Shown here piece by piece: positions 41,690-52,900 of a stretch of DNA of 64,000 bases. Numbering within the stretch: position 1 is the stretch's first letter; every line of letters begins with the position of its first letter. A program made the translations under genes and the position numbers. Below the pieces are notes generated by a model, which searched no databases, was not told the DNA's origin, and saw nothing but the letters and a program-made list of their open reading frames with translations. Source of the DNA: Amphiscolops sp. MND2022 (lineage: Eukaryota); contig OZ076413.1 of the NCBI GenBank assembly GCA_964187785.1, positions 48,176,001-48,240,000 on the forward strand, in the 5' to 3' direction.

Positions 41690-44600
41690 GGCATAAAATG
41701 CAACATTTCCGACTTTTTGCGGTCATTTTTGAGCAATTTTCCAATCAGTCTGCAAATAATTCTTCCAAAGTCTACTGGAATAAAAGTTGAATCTTTGTTG
41801 AACGTTTGCCAACATTCTGACGCCAAAACGATTCAAAAAGTTCACAAGCTGCACAAAAACGAAGATGTTGAACTTTTTCGACCCATTTGGATTCATTCTA
41901 AAGTATTTTTGAAGCAAAATGCAGCAACGTTCTTATCAAAAAAGTAATGCTCAGCTCCTTCTTTTGTTGTTGATTGTGTTAAACTTATATGGGAATCTCT
42001 TGGATTTTTTAACAAAAATAGCATCAAAAACGACAAACTTCAATTTTTTTGACATTTTCAGTCTCAACTTGAGGCATTTTTCTTTCAGAAATTGAACGCA
42101 TCTTTTGACGAAAGCTCACCGGAACAACAAGTTGTCCTTTTGTTTACCGGTTTCAAAATTCTAGTCCACGAAGTCTATCGATAGTTTTACAACAATTGAA
42201 AAAATGGTGAAAATCGGAAAAAATTCGAAATTTTGTCTATTCCGATGTCAATTCCAGACATTCTTTAATTGAAAAACCGCATTTATCTCTTCTCTAAGCG
42301 TACTAGACGACACATTTTTTCCTTATTGACCGACCCTCTTCAATATTCCAATCCACGAAGTCTGCGAAACATTTGGGAAAAATACATGAAATGTTTCAAA
42401 ATTGGAAAAATTTGGGATTTTTGTCAATTTCGGTGTCAATTTGAGACCTTATTCATTCAAAACACTGCATTTATCTTTTCATAAAGGACTGCTGGACAAC
42501 TAATCCTTTCCTTGTCGACTCTTTTCAACATTCCAACCGACGAAGTCTGTCAAAAATTTGGCAAATAATGGATAAAAACATTGAAAATTGGAAAATTTTG
42601 GAATTTTTGTCATTTTCGGTGTCAGTTCGAGACATTTTTCATTCGAAAACTGCACTACTCTCTTCATGAGAGACTACTGGACAATCAATTCTTCCCTTGT
42701 TGACCCTTTTGAACATTCCAATCCACGAAGTTGGTGGAAACATCACCAAAAATTGCATAATAACTTTAAAATTGGAAAAGTTTAGGTTTTTTTGTCATTT
42801 TCGGTGTAAATTTGAGATAACAGTTTTCGTTCACAAAACTGCAATTACCTCTTCATTAAAGACTACTGACAACGACTTCTTACCTTGATGGATGTTTCCA
42901 ACATTCTAATCCACGGAGTCTGACGAAAATTTGACAAAAATTGCATAAAAACATTGAAAATAGAAAAATTTTCTGTTTTTTGTCGTTTTCGGTGCCAATT
43001 TGAGGTATTTTTCAGTTCGAAAATTGCAATAAACTCTTGGAAAAAGCCTACTGGACAACAAACTGTTTCCCTGTTGACCCATTTAAAGATTCCAATCTAA
43101 AGAGCCTATCGAAAATGTGGCAACGAAGATGTTGAACTTTTTCGACCCATTTGGAGTCATTCTAAAGTATTTTTGAAGCAAAATGCAGCAACGTTCTTAT
43201 CAAAAAAGTAATGCTTAGCTCCTTCTTTTGTTGTTGATTGTGTTAAACTTATAAGGGAATCTCTTGGATGTTTTAACAAAAATAGCATCAAAAACGACAA
43301 AACTTCAATTTTTTTGACATTTTCAGTCTCAACTTGAGGCATTTTTCTTTCAGAAATTGAACGCATCTTTTGACGAAAGCTCACCGGAACAACAAGTTGT
43401 CCTTTTGTTTACCGGTTTCAAAATTCTAGTCCACGAAGTCTATCGATAGTTTTACAACAATTGAAAAAATGGTGAAAATCGGAAAAAATTCGAAATTTTG
43501 TCTATTCCGTCGTCAATTCCAGACATTCTTCAATTGAAAAACCGCATTTATCTCTTCTCTAACCGTACTAGACAACACTTTTTTTCCTTATTGACCGACC
43601 CTCTTCAATATTCCAATCCACGAAGTCTGCGAAACATTTGGGAAAAATGCATGAAATGTTTCAAAATTGGAAAAATTTGGGATTTTTGTCAATTTCGGTG
43701 TCAATTTGAGACCTTATTCATTCAAAACACTGCATTTATCTTTTCATAAAGGACTGCTGGACAACTAATCCTTTCCTTGTCGACTCTTTTCAACATTCCA
43801 ACCGACGAAGTCTGTCAAAAATTTGGCAAATAATGGATAAAAACATTGAAAATTGGAAAATTTTGGAATTTTTGTCATTTTCGGTGTCAGTTCGAGACAT
43901 TTTTCATTCGAAAACTGCACTACTCTCTTCATGAGAGACTACTGGACAATCAATTCTTCCCTTGTTGACCCTTTTGAACATTCCAATCCACGAAGTTGGT
44001 GGAAACATCACCAAAAATTGCATAATAACTTTAAAATTGGAAAAGTTTAGGTTTTTTTGTCATTTTCGGTGTAAATTTGAGATAACAGTTTTCGTTCACA
44101 AAACTGCAATTACCTCTTCATTAAAGACTACTGACAACGACTTCTTACCTTGATGGATGTTTCCAACATTCTAATCCACGGAGTCTGACAAAAATTGCAT
44201 AAAAACATTGAAAATAGAAAAATTTTCTGTTTTTTGTCGTTTTCGGTGCCAATTTGAGGTATTTTTCAGGTCGAAAATTGCAATAAACTCTTGGAAAAAG
44301 CCTACTGGACAACAAATTGTTTCCCTGTTGACCCATTTAAACATTCCAATCTAAAGATTCTATCGAAAATGTGGCAAGAAATGCATAAAAACTTTGAAAA
44401 ATGGAAAATGTTCGGATTTTTGCCATTTTCGGCGTCATTTTGAGATCTTTTTCATTTGGAAAACAGCCATTATCTCTTCATAGAAGACTATTGGACTCCG
44501 AGTTCGTGCCTTGTTGAACGTTTTCAACATTCTCATCCACGATATCCATTGAAAAATTGACAAAAATTGCATAAAAATTTTAAAAAATCTGGAAATTCTT

Positions 44601-44728
44601 TGGGGTTTGTCTTTTTTGGGGTCATTTTGGGGTCCTTGGGGTCGAATAAAAAAGTCCAGAAATCTCCACAAAAACATATCGCACGAAGCTAAATTTATGT
44701 GAGTTCAATTCTATGGGTAACACCCTTA
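41690..44728. repeat. Array of roughly 123-bp minisatellite units containing a recent 1.26-kb tandem duplication (41858-43121 / 43122-44376)
   Basis: Recurring ttttcggtgtcaatttgag and acattccaatccacgaagtctg units. Identical spurious ORFs at 42588 and 43853 (offset 1265). Right end ...cacccTTAA. Confidence 0.9.
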
Positions 44729-44749
44729 AAGTTAAATATAAATTTGGTG

Positions 44750-45790
44750 CTTGGCAAGTTTTGTAAGAAAACACGTTTGATATAAATATTTTCCTTTCCA
44801 ATGTGGAATATGGGCGGAAAATAACAAAAAGATCGAGAGGAACCAATGCAAGTTGTATGCTAATCTCATATCGGAAAGTATGCTGAACCAAGTAACACTG
44901 TTGATTATCTGAATAAACGAAAACTTTGCTAAGTGTCTTTGAGTTTTCAACTTCATCGACAAGACTTTGAACTCTTGAACAATATTAAAAAGTGATAATG
45001 GTTCTATTGGTAACACTTTGGATGGTATTTTCATCTTTCAAACTACTCTAATGGAAAATGATCGCTGTGACATATCATTGCATTGCTTCAAAGAAAAATA
45101 TTATTATTTCTAGTTGGAATTTTCAGTTTGTAAATGAGAACCCTGAGAATTCCAACCTTCGTTGAACAAGGTGTCCCTCAAAAGTCATTTCTAGGATCGC
45201 TTTTATATCTTGTGAACACAAACGGCATTTTTTTCAAATGCAGAAAGCATAGGTAAATTGAAACCACATTCGGATGACACTGCACTTACTGAAAATTGGC
45301 CATCGGAGACAGTGGATCTGAATCATGGACAAACGTTGTTAGCCTCAAATAAAATCGATTTGAATTAAACGAAATCAAAACTTGTAATTTTTGAAAAAAC
45401 GAGCAAAATTGAAACAAAACAGTGACTTTGGTGAAGAAATCATCACTTCCTGTGTGAGTTCTAAGTACTTGCGAAATTAATTCGATGAAAAGTTGAATTA
45501 CGATGTAGATATTGGACAGGTTATTGAAAGCATTCAAATCATTGCGGTCTTGTCTATAAAATTAGGTAAACATTGAATACACCGCAGTTTCTTGATAACA
45601 TCAAGGCGTATGTGTCCCCGGTTTTCCAATCTGGCCTACTTCATTGGCCTCGGACGAAAGAATGCTTCAACGGATTTTAGTTGGTCAGGAAAGAATGGAT
45701 CCGCATAGCACACCGGCTGCCATATAGATCTAGTGTCGCGGGATAATAAAAAGACTGCAAAGTAAGTACTGTATTTAAAATGCATCTATA
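44750..45790 (+). mobile_element. Old degraded LINE reverse-transcriptase remnant
   Basis: gaacaaggtgtccctcaaaagtcatttctaggatcg translates as EQGVPQKSFLGS (GVPQGSxLGP-like); cattcggatgacact resembles the (F/Y)ADD motif. Confidence 0.55.
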
Positions 45791-46092
45791 CGAGGTTCTG
45801 AAATATTACCTGAAACTGTGCTGCAAAAAAATGATGTATTGGAACTTCCAGGCATTAGTTTGACAATTCATTGATGGAATGGGGAGCCTTTCATACCCTT
45901 GTCGAGATTGCTTAAACTTTTTACATGCTGCATGGAAACATGCAGGCTAATTTTTTACAAAACATGGAAAATTCCGGGAGCCTGCATGGAAACATTTTGT
46001 AGGATTACAATGCAGCTTCCACTATTTCAATTCAAACTGAAAACATTTCCACTTCTTCACCACCGCAATGGCGGATTCCCAAAGCGTCGAAT

Positions 46093-46463
46093 ATTCAAAG
46101 CGTCGAAATTTTGCAAGCTATTCATCGCGCCGAAAAATAATTATTGAACGCTTCTGATTGGTTGAAAATTGAAATAGGAAAGAACTAAATTTGTTGAATT
46201 TGTGTGCTACACAGCATCGAACTAATTACGATAACGTAGTCAGCGATGTTCACATACTCCTAGTGCCCTAAATGCAGGAGCGAAGCGAAGCGGAGCGACG
46301 TGCCATATGGCTATGCCTCAATGTTGCTACTTGGCGAAGGGAGCGAAGCGACCGAGCCATACAACAAATATGCTAACCTCTTCAAATAATAACCTGAAAA
46401 TAATCGCTGATTTGGAGTTTTTCGACGCGATGAATAGCTAACTTTAATTTCGACGCTCTGAAT
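46093..46463. repeat. Fold-back element with 45-bp inverted arms and central GCGAAGC motifs
   Basis: Left arm attcaaagcgtcgaaattttgcaagctattcatcgcgccgaaaaa versus reverse complement of the right arm attcagagcgtcgaaattaaagttagctattcatcgcgtcgaaaaa. Confidence 0.75.
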
Positions 46464-47053
46464 TGATGACGGTCTCAGTTGCTTTCAAAATTAGAACGGT
46501 CTTAATGAAACCTGCAAAACTTTGGTGCGCAAAATTGCCGCCAAATTTGTAAAAAGTTCCAGCAGTTCCAACCAGGGTAGCGATCATGAAGTAAATGAGA
46601 TGAATGATGAGCAGTCACTAAATTCCAAACACAAAGTTTCAGACTGTCGGCAACGTTGGACTGGTTTTTTGAATCATCATTATCGTCGTGAGAAATTTTA
46701 CCATATTTACAAATCCAGAAGTTTCGTCGTTATAAATCCAGTCGTTTCGTCTACAGAGATTTATTCATCAAAAATCTAGTCGTTTTTATTGAAAGTAACA
46801 CAATTCACAGAACATATTAGTTATCGATTTCTTTATTCAAGTTTTATAATAATAAATTCAGATATTAGAGACAAATTTCAATAGAACACCTCCGTCAGCG
46901 TCACCACTGAGGCAAAAAGTTGCCCTCAACTAACGGTAATTACTGTGACAAGTAGTATTAGGTGAACCTAGAAAACCAAAGCTCAAAAATTAGTCTCCAA
47001 AAACCTAATACTTGTAAAGAAGTCACCAATGATTAGTTCTTTAAATTAGGTAC

Positions 47054-48779
47054 TGTCGCAGGCTGCCGCCTGTGACGGAAACAAGTACCAAGTGGTCCCT
47101 AACGACAGTCATTTGTCCTACATACCCGGAGTCCTACCACTATAATTAGTTGGACCATTGGTCCCGTTGCCCTAAACTTTTGGACTTGAATTAGTATGTT
47201 TAGTATGTAAATTATCTTAGATCACTGTTATTAGACATGTAATATATACTAGTATTAATGTAAACCAGAAAACGATGATTGATGTTTGTTGGATTAATAA
47301 CAAGTACTGTAATTAAGCTCTGTGCAATAAAGGAAACGCGTTCAAAGTGAAATCCACTTTGGTCAATTTGACGCGCAGTCCATTTTGATTATTAACCAAT
47401 CATGTGCTGGTATTCATTATTCATTTAATCTGCTTGTTCAACATGTAGTACATGTATTTAGTCAAACGGACTACCAGTCCGCAGTGTTGTAGTTGCTAAC
47501 GATATTTAGTCGGATGGACCACCGGTCCGCAATGACGTAATATTTGCATAAGCGTACGTGCAAACAAGCGTTGACCTTTCAAGCTACGCGCAACGTGGCT
47601 TGAAAGGCAAGCCGCCTGTCAGTCCTTATCCCATTCTCCCATTCACAGACCCTCATCCCAAACGATGCTATTTTCAGATATGATCTAATAATGACGCAAT
47701 GTAGACGTCAGGACCTAGGGTCACTTTGACCTAATTGAGTTGCTATTTTTAGTAACATGATCACTGAAATTATGCTTGTCATGCACTATTTAGTATAAAT
47801 AGCTGGTCCTCTTTGTCTAAAGGACACAACTTTGAATACGACGACGAAAACCAGAAATCACAAATTGCTGTTCATTGATCAATCTTTGTTATTGTTCTGT
47901 TCTATTCATTTTCTCTCAGTTCAAGCTTAGTTAACCGATAAAAGCTCAATACATTCTTTGTTGAGCAATAAATTCTTTAAATGCCTTCGACGAGAAAACA
48001 AAAGGCTAGGGAGAAAAGGTCAAGACAATCTGACGTGATGTCTGACTTAGAGAATGTAGATATAATGTTAGGAAATTATTCCAGAAACGAATTAGATTGT
48101 CAGCTAGGAGAAAGAGAGACTGAGTTGGACCTTGAGTCCAATGGCCCTCAAACTGCAAATCCTATTAGTGAAGACTTCAGGTCACTAATTAATACAAATA
48201 GTAGGGAAAACAGTGAAATTACCATTGAGACAGCAAGACTGATAAATAATGAAATCACGTCCCAAATGACCAGGAAACTGGATGAGATTAGAAGTGATTT
48301 AAATTCCCAAATTTTGGAAGTTATCAACTCGGCAATTACTGAAAAGGTACTTCCAAGCATTCAAAACGTACTAGGGGTTCAAAATCCTGAATCTGACGCA
48401 ATTAGGGACTCACAGTCCGGTACACTAATTAGGAGCCCCGAGGATCGCTTTGGTCATATGGACCGCCAGTCCCGAAGACTTAACGTGGGCCTGAGAGAAC
48501 GTTCAAATAGTGTGGACCACTGGTCCAATAGACTTAATAAGGGCCGGAGGGACCAATCTAGTCACACGTCCCACTGGTCCAGGGGACTAGATAGAGACCA
48601 TAGAGTCTGTTTAGGTCAGACGGACCACCAGTCCCATAGACCGGGCTGCAGCTCAGGGGAACAATATGGCCCTCATGACCAACAAAACAACATGAAAATA
48701 GATAAGAAATTCAGCAGTCATAGAGGTTTGAATAGGGAGATCTCTACGGACTCCCAGACCTCAGACCAAGATTGCGACA
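47054..48779 (+). repeat. 5' LTR
   Basis: Inverted termini TGTCGCA/TGCGACA; immediately followed by TGG; about 17 substitutions relative to the 3' LTR by eye. Confidence 0.92.
47533..47971 (+). promoter_or_regulatory. LTR promoter and poly(A) signals: CRE-like TGACGTAA (47533), octamer ATTTGCAT (47542), TATAAAT (47794), AATAAA (47966)
   Basis: Motifs occur in both LTRs in the order expected for U3-R; function is inferred. Confidence 0.55.
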
Positions 48780-48973
48780 TGGTGACAGGAGCCAACCATA
48801 CCCGCATACGGTTCCTGAGTTCCTTACCGGACGTCCCATGCAATCCCAAGAACCCCTGCAAAATCCAGAAGACACTCATGGCGAACCCCTGGACCCCACC
48901 CAACAGGTCTCAGGTGACGCACTACCGAACACCACTACCGATCCCATCAATAGACTTGCTGACATACTGGTAG
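47981..48973 (+). CDS. LTR-encoded ORF1, probable Gag N-terminal extension (coiled coil plus 18-aa repeats)
   Basis: 330-aa ORF, open in both LTR copies, starting 10 nt after AATAAA. It overlaps the gag frame; a single -1 shift near 48800 fuses them. Confidence 0.7.
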   Translation: MPSTRKQKAREKRSRQSDVMSDLENVDIMLGNYSRNELDCQLGERETELDLESNGPQTANPISEDFRSLINTNSRENSEITIETARLINNEITSQMTRKLDEIRSDLNSQILEVINSAITEKVLPSIQNVLGVQNPESDAIRDSQSGTLIRSPEDRFGHMDRQSRRLNVGLRERSNSVDHWSNRLNKGRRDQSSHTSHWSRGLDRDHRVCLGQTDHQSHRPGCSSGEQYGPHDQQNNMKIDKKFSSHRGLNREISTDSQTSDQDCDMVTGANHTRIRFLSSLPDVPCNPKNPCKIQKTLMANPWTPPNRSQVTHYRTPLPIPSIDLLTYW

Positions 48974-49902
48974 GTATCAACAACCGACCCACGGAACAGA
49001 CCCTCACGGTACGCCCCGTCAGCTCGACTACAGTAACATTTGATGGGAAATTAGAGAAATTCGAGCTCTTCGAAGACCTTTTCCACACAATGATAAAAAT
49101 GCAGCCCGAAATGACTGAAGCAATGAAAATCAACCATTTCCACTCATTGTTACGCAAGAATGCCTTGCAAACATTCCGTAACATCAATTCAACAAACAAG
49201 CAAACATTAGAGGACACCTTAGCCATCTTCCGTAGAAAATACGTAAAACCAGAGTCCCAGGCGACCGCCAAACACAAATGGCACAGATTGGTGTTCGACC
49301 CCAACACCATGAAACTGCCAGATTTCCTTGAAGAACTCAATCAGGGAGCTGAAAAAGCGTTTGGCGAGAACGCCCATTCTATGATTGATAGTCTTCTCTA
49401 TGCCAAATTGCCACCAAAATTGAAACGCTCCGTCAATATGGCTAGACTCGAAAACGCCACCTACGAGGAAATAGTCGCACACTTAGAACGTGAACTTGAG
49501 CTCAATGGACTTGAGGAGGGGGACGACATTCCAGTACCAACAATGTCCACTGCCCCTACAGCAACACGACCGGGATTTGGCCTTCTCTCTTCTGGCATCG
49601 ATCCAAATATTACTTGCAACTATTGCAAGAAACCAGGACATGTCAAAGACGATTGTCGAAAACTCAAAAGAAAGGAGGAACAACGCCGCAATGATGGGCA
49701 GGATACCAAGAAAGAGTATCCAAAATGTCCAACTTGCGACAAAACGAATCACCCGGCGGAACGATGTTGGAAAGGCGCTGGAGCCCACCTCAAGCCCAAA
49801 AACCATAAACTGGAGGACACTACAGCTGCCGATAAGTCCACCAGCCAAGAAGATGTAAAAAACAAACAAACCACGTCAATCTTAAAGAATCCAAAAAACT
49901 AG
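48772..49902 (+). CDS. gag: Gag (capsid plus two CCHC zinc knuckles)
   Basis: FDGK..KF..FED capsid-like motif; CNYCKKPGHVKDDC and CPTCDKTNHPAERC. Confidence 0.92.
   Translation: MRHGDRSQPYPHTVPEFLTGRPMQSQEPLQNPEDTHGEPLDPTQQVSGDALPNTTTDPINRLADILVGINNRPTEQTLTVRPVSSTTVTFDGKLEKFELFEDLFHTMIKMQPEMTEAMKINHFHSLLRKNALQTFRNINSTNKQTLEDTLAIFRRKYVKPESQATAKHKWHRLVFDPNTMKLPDFLEELNQGAEKAFGENAHSMIDSLLYAKLPPKLKRSVNMARLENATYEEIVAHLERELELNGLEEGDDIPVPTMSTAPTATRPGFGLLSSGIDPNITCNYCKKPGHVKDDCRKLKRKEEQRRNDGQDTKKEYPKCPTCDKTNHPAERCWKGAGAHLKPKNHKLEDTTAADKSTSQEDVKNKQTTSILKNPKN
48780..48793 (+). promoter_or_regulatory. Primer-binding site TGGTGACAGGAG (possibly tRNA-Leu)
   Basis: TGG directly after the LTR terminal CA; one mismatch from the common tRNA-Leu PBS TGGTGTCAGGAG. 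Primer identity is not verified. Confidence 0.65.
49893..49899 (+). other. -1 ribosomal frameshift slippery heptamer A-AAA-AAC at the gag/pol junction
   Basis: CCA AAA AAC TAG; the -1 frame continues open into the 49905 ORF (LDLPRLQINE...). Confidence 0.8.
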
Positions 49903-52900
49903 ATTTGCCACGACTCCAAATAAATGAAAAACTCCGTGTACGGCAGTACATAATATCTGACCCTCCAAACATATATTATACTGAGTATTATACAGCTCTT
50001 AAAGAAACATCATCAGCTGGCTGGCAGCAGCAGATGAAAACTCCACCTAATTTTTCTACCACTTTGGACCCCACGTCCAACAGCCTACAAAACGATACTT
50101 CGACTATACGACTTATACCTCTTGTTGACGACTATAACCCATATTACCCTGACCCTGACTATGGTTTTGACCCCTACTGGGAGGCTAATTGCTACAATCA
50201 ACACCACTTATACTTCTATCAAAATTTTAACAAACAGCACTTGAACATAGAGCCAGATTCTTTGGCAACTGACCAAGGTCTGAATACGGTCCTTCTTAAC
50301 GCACGAGTTGACCCATGGCAACATGGCCCGCAACTGACCCATCAAACGTCCCACATGGACGTTGGCCACAAATCTCAACATGTGGGACCACAAGTCTCCT
50401 TGGCCACAGCAGTTGCAGCGCGCTTTGTGAGCACCCTAGTCACCAGAACGGGGGAACCAGACTAGGTACCGCTGACAACCAATCTCGGCCTCAAATACAA
50501 ACGACGAATGCTCTATTTTCCAATGGATTTTGGCGAACTAACATTAGATGGCCTTGTAGACACGGGAGCTCTATCTAGCGCATTCCCAGAAGCTGATCTA
50601 CGTAAAATCCGAATATTGGCCCCTCAGTCTATTGTCAAAGAGGGACCGGCACCCAACTTCCATATTATGGTTGCTAATGGGCAGCTGGAGACTCCAAAGA
50701 GCACAGTCGAGCTGAAGTTTGAAGTCGGCGACATCGAATTCCACGAGATATTCATAGTTATGGAAAAACTCACCAGCCCGCTGATTGGTCTTTCGTTCCT
50801 CCAACGGAACAACACCATACTGGACATGAGACAAGGTGTCCTGAATTTTCCCTTCTTCTCAATGCAATTGAAAACTGCTGATCATAAGTATACTAACGTC
50901 ATGGAACCCATCTGCATTAGAGAGGACGTCACCATCCCACCTAATGTCCGACACTCGGTCCAGCTGTCTTCACAAATGTACGAAGACACTACAGTTACTG
51001 GGATCCTTCAACCAAGCAACATGCTTACAGACGATGGCGATATTGCCTTTTGTGCTGCTTTAGTCACTTTGACCAATGGTCAAGTATCAGTTCACCTGAA
51101 CAACTTTACCGACAGTCCGTATACCCTCAAAAGAGGCACACAAGTAGCCACTTTCACTGTCCTGACGCCAGAACAGTTGAAATATGTCAAACCCATAGAC
51201 CCGGTGACCACATGGCACCTCTTGCAGGACAACCCTGAGAACGCTGCCTACTATGCAAGCAGCTTAATCAAATCTACCAAACCTGAGGACTTCAAGGAAA
51301 ACTACTGGTTTCCCACACCAGAAGACCCTGGGGACCCTCAACAACATACGCCAATCCAGAAAAGGATTCTAGCCGAACTCATTAATCTCCAATATTAGAG
51401 AAACTCAACCCTCAGGACAACCCTGAGTCACGACGTCAATTCCTGTCTAATTTTGACTGGACAGACTCTATGCTGCAACCTACTGAGATTGCACGCATTG
51501 AAGACCTACTTGTCGAGTTCCACGACATATTCGCGAGACACCGCTTTGACATAGGCATGAACGAGGACTTCAAGGTCAAATTGACGCCCAAGGATGACTC
51601 ACCGGCCTACAGTCAGAGTCTGCTAACGCCAATCAACCTCAAAGAGGACATCCTTGTGGAGCTGGCACTACTCCATCGTTATGGGATCATTACAACACTC
51701 CCATTCTCCAAATATGCAAGCCCAATATTTGCCCAAAAGAAACCTAACGGCAAACTGAGACTATTAGTCGATTTGCGCAAGATTAACAACCTTATCTCGG
51801 ATGACTACATCAACAACAACCATCCAGTGAGTACACTCACTGACGCAGCCCAACACATGGCAGGCAAAAAACTATTTTGTAAATTGGACTGCTCGCAAGC
51901 TTACCACTGCCTGCAGATGGCCGTCCAACGATCAATCGAAATGCTTGCTTTCAATTTCGCTAGTAGAACTTTCGCATACAGAAGATTAGCACAAGGACTT
52001 AGTAGAGCCCTATCGGCCTTTTCTAGTTTCATGCGCGAATACCTGGATAAAGTCATCAAAGCAGACCAATGTGCCCAATATGTCGATGACATTGGCATAG
52101 CTGCCAACAATGCCGAACAGCTTATCAACAACCTCAGGGCCACATTTCAATGCATTCAACAGGCTGGTCTCAAACTCACAATGCATAAATGCCATTTTGG
52201 GGCAACTGAAATTGACTTTCTGGGACGTAGCATCACTCCTGCCGGAGTGAAGCCGCAGAGACCACGAGTCCAAAATTTTCTAGAAAATACAAATTTCCCG
52301 AAATCAAAAAAGGCACTCCAACGTTACTTGGGATTCCTCAACTACTATCGGAATTACATCCCAAGGCTCTCGGAAAAACTAACGCCATTTTTCAAATTGC
52401 TAACTAAAGACGAAAAAGTCCTCGTAACACCGGACCTACTGGAAAAGTTCACTGATATCAACAAAGCACTCGACCGATGTTGTGAACTGGCACTTAAACA
52501 AACCCTACCGAACAAGCAAATAGCCCTAATGACTGATGCTAGCTTTTCGGCCGCAGGGTACGCAGTCCTCATCGAAGACGATCCCCTTGAGAAATATACC
52601 TCAACAAGGAAAGCGTTCGCACCAGTAGCTTATGGATCTAAGACCTTCAGTCCCGCACAAATGAAAATGTCCATTTACGCGAAGGAATTCTTAGCAATTT
52701 TCTTTGCTTTCAAGGAATTCGGACATATCTTTTGGGGGACCCCAAAACCAGTAATCATACTCACCGACAATAAATCTGTCACACGATTTTTTCAGAGGAA
52801 AATCATTCCACCAACATTATGGAACGCATGTGACTATGTCATCCAATTCAATTTCACAATTGCTCATATTCCTGGCAAAAACAACACTGCCGCTGACTAC

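Noticed and set aside
41690..44640. CRISPR-like array or coding ORFs
   Set aside because: Eukaryotic context; the units are diverged tandem repeats without unique spacers, and the ORFs are repeat artefacts.
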